A DNA stretch of 64,000 bases from Octopus bimaculoides (lineage: Eukaryota). Both the position numbers and the translations under genes were made by a program. Under the pieces are notes generated by a model that was not told the origin of the DNA, did no database searches, and worked only from the letters and a program-made list of their open reading frames with translations. Where the stretch lies: the NCBI RefSeq assembly GCF_001194135.2, contig NC_068982.1:11444951-11508950 (forward strand), read 5' to 3'. Below are positions 23,180 to 36,540 of the stretch, one piece after another. Each line of letters starts with the position of its first letter. Within the stretch, counting starts at the first letter, position 1.

Positions 23180-23460
23180 ACTACCTGTATTCTGTTCAAA
23201 TTCATGTACTTTATTCTCAAAGGCATCCTAGTTTCCTTACAGTCTCCTCAAATGTTGCAGGTCCATCCGCAGTAGACATTTTCTGATTCCATCTTTTGTC
23301 TTATTTCTTCAGCATAGGCTTCTTCCTTTGACGTGCTGTCCTCCACGATATAAAACCTGGCTTGGATATAACTAGATTTCCATTGCAACTGAAGCTGTTC
23401 AAATTAGACCATGGGGATGGTAAAAAACCTGATGGCATCATAATCTTCTTGTTCTGAAGT
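23180..23460 (+). pseudogene. CRE-like non-LTR retrotransposon relic (Zn-knuckle and PD part of the restriction-like endonuclease)
   Basis: VDIF*FHLLS...*RAVLHDIKPGLDITRFPLQLKLFKLDHGDGKKPDGIIIF resembles VD..G.H.LSC...RH..LND.I.R.L....P..LEP.GL.RGDGKRPDG. Confidence 0.65.
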
Positions 23461-23538
23461 GATTCTATCAACTTGAAATATTTTTCTACATGTTCACTCA
23501 TGCAGAATTTTTCTCTTTAAAACATCCTTCTGTATATT

Positions 23539-23708
23539 CTTTTCTACTCTAGGCACAAGGCCTGAAATTTTGGGGGAGGGGGGGGAAGTCGATTAGATCA
23601 GCCCCAAGTATGCAACTGGTACTTAATTTATCGCCCCCCCCCCCGAAAGGATGAAAGACGAAGTCAACCTCGGTGAAATTTGAACTCAGAACGTAAAGAC
23701 AGATGAAG
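23539..23708 (-). mobile_element. 5'-truncated SINE-B with a 16-bp TSD
   Basis: catccttctgtatatt at 23523-23538 and 23709-23724. Confidence 0.9.
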
Positions 23709-23924
23709 CATCCTTCTGTATATTGCTAAAAGAGAATTGAGTAAAATTGCCTCCTTATTTTACTATATATGTGTGTAATGAAATCACATCTCTTTTTCTG
23801 TCTCACTTTCCAAGTGGGCAAGCCATGTATTCACCTCTTGAGCAAGGCACCTACTCCTCTCCCCCTATCACAGTTTCTTATTCCTCCAGCCTATTCCCTG
23901 CTCAACTGAGGGGTCTTATCTTGT

Positions 23925-24125
23925 GAGTACTTGGTAACCTCACTTGTGCTGGAGCCATGTAAAAACACCCAGTACATTCTGTTAATTGGCTGGCGTTAGG
24001 AAAAGCATCCAGCTGTAGAAACCATGCCAAAGTAGACATAGAACCTGGCCGAACCCGCTTGCTCTTCTGTTCTTGTCAAACCATCCAACTCATGCCAGCA
24101 TGGTAAAAAGGACATTAAAAATAAT
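23925..24125 (+). mobile_element. Family E 3' part
   Basis: Conserved core and ccatgccagcatgg-like end. Confidence 0.75.
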
Positions 24126-24541
24126 GCACAGGAAGAGTACTCAATACAGAAGTATTGTGTAATAGTTTATGTAAGCCAATCCATTATTCTCTTACTCTAG
24201 AGTTTCTTAAACATGTAGTCAGTTTCTGAGACTGGGGAAAACTAACTGATGGATGTAGACAAAGCAGTTTGATGATGGGAAGATGAGATATTGGTTGGAC
24301 ATTTACACATGGGTGAATTTACAAGCTGGTTTTAGACTAGGATCAGTAGAAGAGAAGTCTATTAAGTGCATTCATATATTCAAACAAAGCACACACACAA
24401 ACCGGCCTAAAATGAAGGAAAGATGGGGAAGAAGACATGAGAAAAAACAAAAAAGAGATGAAGAGAGAAAAAAAGTACGGGAAGTCAGACCAGTGGTTTG
24501 CAATTGAAGGCAGGAGAAAGGAATATGGGTTAGGGTTAGGG

Positions 24542-25177
24542 ATGTAGTTCTCAACTGGGGTCCATATAAGATCTTGTTAAAATTTTGTTTATATTTCTAT
24601 AATACTCTTTTACTCTTTTACTTGTTTCAGTCATTTGACTGCGGCCATGCTAGAGCACCACCTTTAGTCGAGGAAATCGACCCCAGGACTTATTCTTTGT
24701 AAGCCTAGTACTTATTCTATCGGTCTCTTTTTGCCGAACCGCTAAGTTACGGGGACATAAACACACCAGCATCGGTTGTCAAGCGATGGTGGGGGGACAA
24801 ATACAGACACACAAACACACACACATACATATATATATATACATATATACGACGGACTTCTTTCAGTTTCCGTCTACCAAATCCACTCACAAGGCTTTGG
24901 TCCGCCCGAGGCTATAGTAGAAGACACTTGCCCAAAGTGCCACGCAGTGGGACTGAACCCGGAACCATGTGGTTCGTAAGCAAGCTACTTACCACACTAC
25001 CACTCCTGCGCTTAATATACAAAATGTTTTAACAATTTTTTAAATAATTCCTAATAATATTTAATTATAAAAATACAATAGGATTTTTAAAAATATACAT
25101 TGGATGGCTATGGAGGTCCAGCAAAGCAAAATACGAATCAAAGGGGTCCATAGGCAAAAAATGGTTGGGAACTGCTA
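24542..25177. mobile_element. hAT-type MITE hosting a SINE-A
   Basis: TIRs (a)tgtagttctcaac and gttgggaactgcta; 8-bp TSD ggttaggg/ggttagtg. Confidence 0.65.
24605..25012 (-). mobile_element. SINE-A, full length, young
   Basis: Intact A and B boxes, CpGs retained, (CTCTTTTA) tail. Confidence 0.92.
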
Positions 25178-25624
25178 GGTTAGTGGATACACAGGTTGAT
25201 GGTGGATGAATGGTCTCATATGAACATGTCCACACAGAGACACTTGCAAGCATACAAGGGTGCTGATGGGTACACAAGAAGCAAACATACAAGCAAGCTG
25301 TTATGTGCATGCACATATACATGAGTTGTTGGTTGGCCATCACTGAAGGAATGTAAAGGGTAAATGACCCCCTTTGGTCAGCAGTAAAATCCCTGCCGAA
25401 AACACACACAGCAGCCTTGGGCAGATTTTCTATCCTGTCAGCCCAAAATTGCCAAAGTGTAGTAGAACGGTTTTGCTATGGGATGGTGAAACTATCTTTT
25501 TGTTTTCTGAAAAGCAATGTTTTGGGCTTACAACGCTTTTGCATAATAGCAACAATATATTTGTGCATGTATATATATATATATATATATATATACATAC
25601 TCACACACACACACACACACACAT

Positions 25625-25795
25625 GTGAGAAGCTTCCACACAGTCTTCATCTATCAAATTTCAGAAGGCGTCGGTCGACATTGCTCTATACTATAGTAGA
25701 AAATGTGATCAAGATACTGTGAAGTGGGATCAAATTAACTTAGAAGCACATGATAATGAAACAAACTTCTTAATCACACACTCATGCTTGCATCT
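25625..25795 (-). mobile_element. Decayed SINE-A 5' half
   Basis: ctatagtagaaaatgtgatcaag...gtgggatc...aaacttct. Confidence 0.5.
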
Positions 25796-27124
25796 ATTAA
25801 ATACATGAATAAGTTTAGTTTTATGAGACTAAATAGTCTTAGATTTGATATTAAATTTATTTTCTGGACCCCATATCTCCTAACTGTAGGATTCAGAGAA
25901 AACTTGATTTAGTTTTTGTTATATTTTTTGTTTGATAAATCTATTTTACAGTTAGCATCAATGAGTTGTTTTAATCTAATTTTGAATTTCGCAAATACAT
26001 TGATGGAGCAATTATTTTTATGACTGGATTCCTTTCTTAATACTAAACCTTTGTTTGGTGAACAGTGAAATATGAATTGGGAATGGCACCAATAGTCAAC
26101 TTTCAAGCAGAATAGTCAGTCTTTATTAAAGGGACAATTCAATAATTGGACAGAAAGCATATTACTCTCACAACTACTGTTCTGTTCCTGTAAGAGATTC
26201 TAATTTGTTGTAGATCGTTATGACCATTAATGCTATAAATACCAGTTTGTATTAGAACAGTAAAATTAACTAAAATTAAAACCGTTCCAAGTTTGCTTAA
26301 TAATGAAATCTGTTGGGCATTAAAACATCATTTAATCTCTATTGAACCACTGTATTAAACTGGAAATTGATTTCTCTGTTTGGCACACCGCTAAAGTTTG
26401 ACGGAATGTGATGTAATTATAATTGATCTGAGTATATAACTGGTACTTAGTTTACTAACATTTGAAGAAATAAACATTAAGGCAACTTCAGGCTTTTAAT
26501 CCATAATCTAGAGAGATGAAAGTATCTCCCTCCATTTCTGCTTTGTTTAGCATCTTCAGTAAAATGGAATAATATCTTAACTCTAAGAAATACTACAGAT
26601 GAAATTTATATACAGAGTATTCTTTTTGTGGGATTTTCTAGAATAGCTGCTTTGAAATAATTTTTATATTTAACTTCCTCTTAAATCTATTTGATGTGTT
26701 TAAATTTGCACAGTAATATAAACCATTGTAGGAAGTCTGTATTTACTGTAGGAATGTGAAGTCTAAATTCTGTTAATCTGGAAATCTAAAAGAATGGTAT
26801 TGGTGATCTAATGATAAAAGAGCATTTGATTTCAAGGTTATAGTTATTTTAAGAAATGTTTTATCTGTAATCACATCACCATTTTTTTTTTTTAATATTA
26901 TCCAGTTTTATATATCATTTATGTCTGTTTGATTGCCTCTTTTTATTTTCCTTGTTTTATCCATTGGTTCTATCAGTCTAATATCTCTAAAACCAGTAAA
27001 CATACTTCCTGATTTTCTGTGACTTTTTTTTATTTATCATATCCATCAACATTGAGAGCCATACGTAGCATTACTTCATTGTTTTCTCTGACCTTTTATT
27101 ATTATTATTATTATTATTATCCAA

Positions 27125-27487
27125 ATGGTTCCAAGTTCAGTCCTACTCTATGGCAACATGGGCAAGTGTCTTCTACTATAACCTCAGGCTGGCCTAAGGA
27201 TTGTGATTGGATTTGGTAGACAGAAACTGAAAGAAGCCTGTCATAAATACATATGTGTGTCTTTGTGTCTGTGTTTGTCTCCCACTGCTTGACAACTGGT
27301 GTTAGTATGTTTACCTCCCTGTAACTTAGAGGTTCAGCAAAAGAGACTGATAGAATAAGTATCAGACTTAGAAATAAAGAAAAGTAAGTACTGGGTGGGG
27401 TGGGGGTAAATTCATTTGACTAAAAGTTCTTAAAAAGTAGTGCCCCAGCATGGCTGTAATCTAATGAATGAAACAAGTCAAAGATAA
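27125..27487 (+). mobile_element. SINE-A (5'-truncated)
   Basis: B box, gggcaagtgtc, 3' domain. Confidence 0.8.
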
Positions 27488-27876
27488 GACAAAATGAAGC
27501 TAACATTGATATTTCTAAGGAATCAAATCAGACAGTTTTTCAATATATTTTATGATCATTTGTGGGGTTTTTTTAGGATGTTTTTGAACTTTAAAATGAA
27601 AGAAAACTTGAATGGAGTATCAAGTGAACTTTCAAATATAAATACTATCAATAAACAATATTAACTGAATATATCAAACAAAACGTATCATGTGAATTTT
27701 ATCTAATCAGTTTATTCAGATGTAATTTTAATAAGATAAATGTTTTAATTTTCCCAGGTCTAGTAACTTGTATTCAGTATCTCATTACGTGTATAACCTC
27801 TATACTCTGATGAAGGTTAGCTTTTCTCTCTCTCTATATATAGAACTGTGTTTTCCCATTTTTAGCTTCGTTGATG

Positions 27877-28115
27877 TAGTGGATGCATGTGGCTCAGTGG
27901 TTAGGGTTTTGGACTCATGATCATAAGATTGTGGTTTCAATTCCTGGACTGGACAATGCGTTGTATTCTTGTGTAAAACATTTCGTTTCATCTTGCTCCA
28001 GTTCACTTAGATGGCAAAAATGAGTAATCCTGTGACAGACTGGCATCCCATCCATATGTGCCATAGAAATTGAGAAACCAGCCCTTTGAGTGTATATGAT
28101 TTGGGAAGGAAAGAA
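27877..28115 (+). mobile_element. tRNA-derived SINE (SINE-C-like head)
   Basis: A box tggctcagtgg, B box ggtttcaattcc; cctgtgacagactggcatcccatcc central motif. Confidence 0.65.
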
Positions 28116-29787
28116 AGAAGGTTCAGTAATGTAATCCATAGATTATTTATAAAGGATCCGTAGCTCCTTTCTGTAGTTACTGAATGACTGACTATACACA
28201 ACACTAGGATTTACAATTTCTATTTACAAAAACCATCGTCTGTTATGAAATATTTAAGCTCAATCATTGTAAGTGTTTGTATAGTCTTTTTTCTCTTAAC
28301 TTCATCAAATCACAATAAAATTAACAGTAAAATACAATGTGAAGAAATTTATGAAGTAAATTTCATTCAATGTCATGTGTAAGAATCTGTCTTTTCTTGT
28401 CTTACAATACAATCTTCGTAGAAATATTAAAAAAAAAAAAAAACTAATAGTGGTTATGCACTGTAGTGTATGTTACAAATTTCACTTTCCTTTTTATGAT
28501 GTTAAGTAATGTCATTATTATTATTAACATGTTAATAATAGTAATGTCATTATTATTATTAACATGTTAATAAATATTTTCTTTCAGATATTTTATTATT
28601 TAGGTTGATTGATGTTAATATTCTTGGGGTTAGTAGTTAAGACCAGTTTCACCAAATCTAAAATAAACAAATGCTGTCTTTCTATTTCTTATTTTTGTTA
28701 ATGTAGCTTTGTTTTTATTGACCTGCCTTCCCAATCCTATTATCACTTGATAATTATTGATAATTTCTCCTGAAAAAAACAGTATTGATTTATAAATGCA
28801 ATAAAGCATTTGATATCAGGTTTTTTGTTTGTTTTTGTTTCTACAAGTGCTGCAGTAATGGGATACAATTATCAGTTGATACTTCTCTCCCACCCTGATT
28901 CATGAGTCTTACTGGTTTAATGCATATATTTTCTACATAATAAATCATTAAAAAATCACTTATTTTTCCTAATAAGCACTTGTTATATTGAACCATTTTA
29001 CATTGACACTATCAGTTTACAATCAATGTAACTTCAATAATAGAAATAAATTATGAATATTCGTGTGTGTGTGTGTATATATTTATATGTGTGTCTGCTA
29101 TGAATAGCATATATATATTTTTTTCACATTATTCATTTTATGATAAAAGTGCTATTTCTTTTAGGTCTATTGTATTTGCTTGGTTTCAACTTTCCATACG
29201 ATTTGATGAGCAATACTGTTATTTTTATATGTCATATTAAAAGTTACTTGATATAAATGATAATATATACATATATTCAAAGGTTGTATTTGCTGGGTGT
29301 GGGTGTGTACATATTAATAGAAGTAGGAAAATAGGTAAGTAAAGTAGTCTGCCGTAACAGAAGGCAACATGATGACATTTCTGTTAATTTACATCTGGAC
29401 GTATGAGTGCAAATCACTTCTAAATAATGAGCTGCTTATTTTCTTAACACTATAAGTATTCACTGTATCCTTTCTATCAGTAAGAACAGTTGCTAACCCC
29501 AAGGGAATACTAAATCTAAATGTCGTGTATATGTGAACCTGCATGCAATCACACAAACAGCTTTTATGTGCATATACATGAAAAACATATAGAGGTATAG
29601 AATTTAATTTCCCATTTATAGGCTTATAAGCACATGCTTTCAAACTTTAGAGGCAACTGGGTCGCTAATATATATAATTACATAATCATAAATATTTCTA
29701 AATGTATGCAAAATTGGCCCAAAATATTAATAGACATAAACAAAGAAGATCTGAAACATGTGTGGACATATACAGAATTGTATACTC

Positions 29788-30152
29788 TTTACTTATTTGT
29801 CATTAGACTGTAGCCATGCTGGAGCATTGTCTTAAATTTTTAGATGAATGAATCAGACCCCTGCACTTATTTTTTTTAAAAGCTTGGTACTAATTCTGTT
29901 AGCAGTTCAGCAAAAGAGACTAAGTTATGAGGATGTAAATAAACCAACACTAGTTGTCAAGCATTGGTGGTGGGCAAACACATGCACACATGATGAACTT
30001 TTAGTTTCCATCTACCAAATCCACTCACAAAGCTTTGGTCGGCCCAAGGCTATAAATGGAAAACACTTGCTCAAGATACTATGTAGTGGGATTGAACCTG
30101 GAACCATGTGGTTGGGAAGCAAACTTCTTACCACACACCCATGTCTGCACCT
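29788..30152 (-). mobile_element. SINE-A
   Basis: Head and 3' domain. Confidence 0.8.
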
Positions 30153-30277
30153 TTGTAGGTATTTTTGAGGACAATCATAAAACATACATAAACATGTAAA
30201 TAATATTTTCTGTTGCTTTGTCAGCAGCTGTTTAAATACTTAACTGAGTTGAGAACTTAATGAATGCATGAAATAAC

Positions 30278-30460
30278 CTCTGTATGGCTGCTAAACTTGC
30301 TAGAAATTAAAGCCATGTCTCAAATCATACCCTGCTGTCTTGAATAAGGGAAGGGTACATTAGATGTTATAGTCCTAGATACCTCTTAAAAAGACAGCAT
30401 TGTCATGCCTTTGGTGCCTGTGATAATATATCTGCTTCATCAGGTTTGACTGAGGGATAA
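30278..30460. repeat. Unclassified dispersed repeat
   Basis: tggctgctaaacttgctagaaat...ctcaaatcataccct, with related pieces near 9340, 38580, 39045 and 57360. Confidence 0.45.
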
Positions 30461-31779
30461 ATAACTTGATGCAATTTTTAAGGAATATTGTTACAGATTT
30501 CTCTTAACTGTTACACAGTTTCATAGATTTTGTTAGCTTCAAATAAATAGACACAATAATTGACAAACAAATAATATATATTAACAAGTAAAACAAGTAG
30601 CTCAAATAGCAAAGTAAACCAACAAAAACAAGTTGTAAAAATATAAAAAAAAAAAAACACTGGTAGAAGATGGGTGGTTACCATTATATATGACCTGAAT
30701 CTAACTGCTTTAAATAAGTCAATAAACTACACATTAACAATCACATTTTGGCATACATAGTCAGAACCACAAATAAACAGATGAGCCCACAAACATTGAC
30801 ATGCTCACATGCATAATGACTAACTTATATACACATTCATATCCAGACAATGCAAACATAAAAGACACATGTAATTCAGGGATGTGTTTGTATATATATA
30901 TATATATGTGTGTAATGTGCATTCAGAAAATTGTATACCCATATCTGTATAATGTGTTATTAGGTGTGTGTACTAATAAGCTGAATATCCCTCTCTCTCT
31001 CCCTCCATAAGAGAGATCTAAACAACTCAAAAGCACACTGCTGTCCTTAATGCTTTGCATACTAATAACAATATCTCACTGACAGCTGTCATCCTGTTTG
31101 ACTTTTTTTTATGTATCTATGCACAACTTTCCTGAAAGTGACAAAGCACATAAAAGTAAACCATTTAATCTGTTCTAGTGACATTGATAAAAAAAAAAGA
31201 AAAAAAAAGAAAGAAAGAAATATGTAATGATTAAATGTGAGTAAAAATGGCATAAAATAATATTTCAGACTACCTAGCTCTTCAATATTTTTACACAGCT
31301 TGGAAGTGCACTAGAATTATAAGGTTATGTTTGATGTACATTTAAGGGTACCTAATGCTTCAAGATGTTTACTACTGTTGAGAAGTAGCTTGCTACTATC
31401 CACACAACTTTGTCATTGAAGAGCCATATCAGCTCTGCTTTAGAAAACTGATGCTGATGAATGTAAGCATTTACCGTGGGCATGTTCTCCAATATAGGAT
31501 TTAAAATTTGTTTGATTTGGTTCTTTTGTGTTCATGTGTAAAACCCCTTTCTTGGTGAACTAAGTAGCTACATATATTTCAAATATATATGATGCTTAAA
31601 TTATCATTTCACTTACAGGTTTTTCACTGTTTCTTGTGTCATGTTTTCATTGTTTGGTGTTTCAACTGTTATCTTGTCTTTTCTAGCATTCTATATTCAA
31701 CACTAACATTAATTTAAAATAGTAGGTTCCCTCGGGTTGCCAATCTTATGTTGTGTAGAAAAACATAATATCCAGAATT

Positions 31780-32460
31780 TGCCATTTTTAAAAATGGAAT
31801 AATGCAAGAATCTGCCCTTTCACCTGCTCTTTTTGTCTTAAAACCTTCCTACATCTTAAAATACATGTGTAGCCTCATACAAAAGATATTTCACTTTTTC
31901 CAACAAATACTCAACTCTAGATAGAAACTGGTTTCAGAACAGACCTTCAAGTAGCATTTATTAAATCTATTGCTTCTCTTGCCAAACTACTAGAGAACAT
32001 AAAAGATGCCCAACTGTTACACTCAACCACAAACAGTTGGCAAAAATTCTAAGGGTTATATTCAACAACTTCACAACATTTACAAAACACTTATGAAGTA
32101 CAGAGCAAAGTGGTGAAATGGTGCTTATACTTAGTCTCATTTGAAGCGCATTTAGTAAAGTGAAAGAAACAATAGTGTATAAACTGTATATTAGATCCAT
32201 TGGGAATTATGCTAGTTCTGCTTGGCCTTGTAATCTCTTCACACTAAAGATCACATCATCATGCCTCATATTATCAGAGGTTGCACTCCAACTGTACGTG
32301 TAGATCAACTACAAAAATTCTAAAACTGAAACAAAAATACTGAAAATGAGAGTGATATGGTTAACATGAGAAACAACCTCACAATCTCTTCTCTACATGT
32401 ATAATTACATCCCTAAAACCTCAGAATGCTGCTACCCTGAAATCATCTTTCTTACCCAAC
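31780..32460 (+). pseudogene. I/Jockey-group LINE RT relic
   Basis: GIMQESALSPALF (GVPQGS-like), KILRVIFNNFTTFTKH (KxLGVxFD-like), KETIVYKLYIRSIGNYASSAW, ETKIL; many disruptions. Confidence 0.6.
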
Positions 32461-32742
32461 CTGGACAAGTACAAAAACACAGGTACACAGAAATAGTTGC
32501 AGTATCAATAACCTTATTAGCTCCAAGAATTATGTTGCGATGCATACCAGTAAGGATATGAGCAGAAGACTAGTAATTGTATTGATCTGACAAAGTCCAT
32601 CTTGGACAAAGAAATACATGTCCAAGTTGCAGCACTGCATCTTAAACAACCATTGTATTATAGTGTGGTGTGGTTGTTAACTTGGAATGCATGGGATACC
32701 GAGAATAATTACTCTGTTAGTTGTATCCAGTTGTTAAGTCAA

Positions 32743-32933
32743 CCCTTTAGCTTCAGATTACTCTTTCAAATGTAATACTTCCTTATTCACATTATTTTGA
32801 ATTAATCATGCATTATCTCATAGTTTTGAGATTTCAGTGTTGTGATTTTTTTTTTCTAGACTGACAATGTAGGGTAGGTGTGAAAGGCAGCATCTGGGCC
32901 AGTTTGATCATAAAACATGTGAAATATTTAGTT
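32743..32933 (-). mobile_element. Second piggyBac-like MITE family, partial
   Basis: ccctttagc terminus; atgcattatctcatag core. Confidence 0.6.
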
Positions 32934-34079
32934 CATTTCATATGATAATCTACTTGATTGTTGAGGGCTGATCTGGGACTAGTATTAGATTTTTGCTGAT
33001 TTTCATAATTCAGTTTATTTTTGAAACTTGCCTTTCAAATCCTATAAAATCTCAACTTAACTTTCATAGCTTAATTTGTTTTGTATTATGCAATCATTTT
33101 TTTTTATTACAACTTCTGTTATATCCATTTAATATCACATTTTTTTTAATGTTCTAAATAGTTATGGTTTATTTTTACTTTCATTCTAATGTTCAATTGT
33201 TGCTGTTATTTAATTCTCTGATATATATTATTTCATATTTAGTTCTGTAAAATAAATCTGTAAGATAATAGGCCTTGAAATAACTGCAGTGGATTAGGTT
33301 TGAATGTCTTGTAAATGTTCATTAAATCATTGCCTATATTTAAGTAAGATTTTTAAAAAGCCTTATTCAAACATGAAAATGGTTAAATATCATTAATATG
33401 ATGTTTCGATTAATCAATTAGTTTTTTCTTTTAATGCTTCAGAAATTTTATTACTACATACTGTAAGTTGTTTTTAAGATCAAAAATTGTTCTATTTTTA
33501 TCAGAATATCAATTTTCAGTTATCTTTTTTATCATATTTATCACTTCCTCCTCACACAACTAAGGTAATGGATTTCTTTCACTGTGTAATATTTCTATAT
33601 CTAAAATTGTAATAAATGTAAATACCTCTCATGCAATAGGTCACTTATTCATTGTGAAGAATATTATGTTTGACTTTTTATGCAATTCTGATATTTATTT
33701 TAATTAGTTGTGCTCACTTCTGAGTCACAACTAGATCAATATAGAACCCTTATTAGTCCATTCTTATCAATTCCAGTTCTTCGTTACAGAGTAATATTCA
33801 TAATATGAAGCTGGCAAGGTTTCCACTTATGAACAATTGTCATTTTTTTTTTTAGCTTCAGAACAATTTCCAACTCCTGTTTTCTGTGACTGTGTATATT
33901 TTCATATTAACTGCAACTGTTATTTTCTATACTCTATTACAAAAATAAATTAATTTGATCTTTTAATTAAAAAAAACATTACTTTTACTATGAACAAGAA
34001 ATGAGAATTATTCCCAGTGTAGATTTTTATTGGATTTTAACCTCAGACTCTTAACATGTATATATATTTCATTCTATTT

Positions 34080-34110
<31 letters not shown>

Positions 34111-35676
34111 TAATCAGGAAAGTAACTTCAAGAAATCAATTATCTCTTTTGACAAGCCATTCATACAAGAAGCTTCTTCAAGCAATCTAAAATAGACATG
34201 ACCAGTTTAATAAATCAAAATGTACTGAATACGATTCTTTTTACAAGAACCTACTTCCTTTATGTTAGAATATAAATGAGGGGAATGTATCATAGTAACA
34301 TTTTCTCATTTGTGAATTTTTATAATTATTTATTTTTTTTCTTTTCATCTCATAATTTCAGATTTATATATTAAGATTCTCTGATCTGTCTTGTAAACAA
34401 GATATAATCTATATTTGCTATATATCTAATAGCATTTTTAGATAATCATATAATTTTTAGATATTAAAAAAAAATTCTTTTTTTTTTTTATATTATGATA
34501 AATTATCTGACTAATTTTTTGATTCATATTTTAGTTTGGGAAATTTCTCAGCAAAACTCTAATTACTTTGTTCAATAAACAAGAAAGGCTGCTAAGGGAA
34601 TGAATGAAATCGATCCATATACATTTTGTTGTGATCTGAAATTTCATATATGTGATGTTCTTTTCATATATTTAGAGTAATCGATAGATAGTATTCAGAA
34701 ACAGTAATTTTAAATCAACGAGAAGAGACTGTAAAATCTTTTTAGTGAGTTACATATTTGATATTCAGTGTTTTCCTTTTTTTTTCTTTTCTTTTTTTTT
34801 TTTTGAATAATCAATATTTCACATTTAGTTTTTGATTTGTTTTTATCTCCCAACATCTTCACATCTGTTTAAGCATATACATTAGTTAGATGCATTCTAA
34901 ATTTAAAAGTGGTATTTGATGTACTGAAGAACACTAGATGAGCTTTCTTAACTTGATCCATTTTGATATCAATTATTTTCTGAAAAAGCTTCTTTGTTTA
35001 TTTGTATTTTTTTTCTTTCCTTTTAAAAAAATTTTTTTTTTTATCTACTCTTGTACACTCATTTTGATGACTTGTTCATGTGTTCTCTGTAACTTATAAC
35101 TATATTATTGAATGTGTTATAATACTGCTAGACTAAGAATAATAATAAACTTGGAAACGATACAAGAATCTAGTTCCATTAGAATTTCCAAATGAACTAA
35201 AAGCAAACAAAACTTTATTAGTGAAATTAATTGTTTCCTCTGTTTCAATTCTAATAAGCATTTAATATATTCTATGTTATTAAATTATTTCTCAATGTTT
35301 TGAAAGAGTCTACATTGTTGAATAATTTGTAAAGAAAAGTCTATGCTATTTAGGAACATCAGATGAATAGAAATAATTACCAGTTGTTTGTTCTTTTTGA
35401 ATCTATTTTGTTAATCATTTCTTGGACTTAAATAGTAGCTTCCATGAAATCTTCAATACCATTATTTCCTAAATGTTTTTCAGTTATATTTTTAAGTTTT
35501 AGCATATTTCTTTTAATAATAACAATGGTGATGTTTGAAAAAATCTTTTTAATCAGGTGGGAAGGGCTGTGCCCATGTCCCTTTATAGTACCTCTGGCAC
35601 TGATGGGATGGTGGGAGGAAGGTATCCTCAAACCAGAGACATAGTTTGAATGTTTGGAATAGAACAGACTCTGTTA

Positions 35677-35890
35677 ACCATTTAGCATTTAAACCGGCCA
35701 TTTTGGGTCTAAATATTCTTTTGTTTTATGTTCAAACTGATCAGCTCCAGCCTCTCACACCTACTCAACAACGTCATTCTAAAAATATAGTCATGTCATC
35801 AAAATCTTGAGACTATGTGCATAATTAATTCAAAACGATTTAAATAAATAAGCTTTACATTTAATGGAGTAACCTGAATGCTAAAAAGTT
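35677..35890 (+). mobile_element. Second piggyBac-like MITE family
   Basis: ttaa|ccatttagcatt ... aatgctaaaaagt|ttaa. Confidence 0.7.
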
Positions 35891-35922
35891 TAAGGCATTT
35901 AAGGGCCAGGTTGTGGTATTAA

Positions 35923-36344
35923 CCCTTTAGTTACCATATTTTTGTTGAAAAACTGCCTTTATTTCAATTAATTTTGAAAATGAAGAATTTATTAAAATAA
36001 CTTTGTAGTTATTAAGATGGCATTTGGAATGTAAATTAATACAAAATCTTGATAAACGGTTCACTTTAACCCTTGAGCATCTAAACTGGCTATATCTGGC
36101 CTAAATATTCAACCTGTTTTATGTACAAACTGGCTAAATCTAGCCTCTCTCCTCTACTCAAGTGTCATTCTAAAAATAAACAGTTACATCATCAAAATCT
36201 TGAAGCTGCATGGTAATGTATACTTAATACTAAACAATATGAATCAATCACTCTTACATCTGAATCCAAGTGCTTAAACAATTAAAACAGGAAGTTTGTA
36301 TCATAGAATCAGGAGTGGTTTTTGGTGGGTTGGTATCAAAAGGG
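35923..36344. mobile_element. piggyBac MITE with a nested MITE of the second family (about 36070-36281)
   Basis: Outer TIRs as at 18591; inner element bounded by TTAA at 36066 and 36282. Confidence 0.7.
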
Positions 36345-36404
36345 TTTGATTGTCTGTCCTTTGCATTGGCTGGGTGTGACACAGATGTCTAGTTGGTCTT
36401 TGAT

Positions 36405-36540
36405 ATGTTTCATCTCCAAAAAGGATGAAAGGCAGGGGTTGCCTTGAAAGGGTTTGAGTTTAGAGCGTGGGTGTATATAGAGGTCATAACCTGATACAGC
36501 AAGACATTTTTTTTCCAGTATGCTTTCATTTCTGTGAACT
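36405..36540 (-). mobile_element. Decayed SINE-B fragment
   Basis: aaaggatgaaaggca...tttgagt...gcatttt-like. Confidence 0.45.

Noticed and set aside
24527-24541. Telomeric (TTAGGG)n
   Set aside because: Only about two units, partly the hAT TSD; not a telomere.
28505-28573. 35-bp tandem duplication (also a 15-bp x3 repeat near 14700)
   Set aside because: Ordinary slippage products.
28770-28815. KAFD motif suggesting an RT relic
   Set aside because: A four-residue match with no neighbouring RT motifs.
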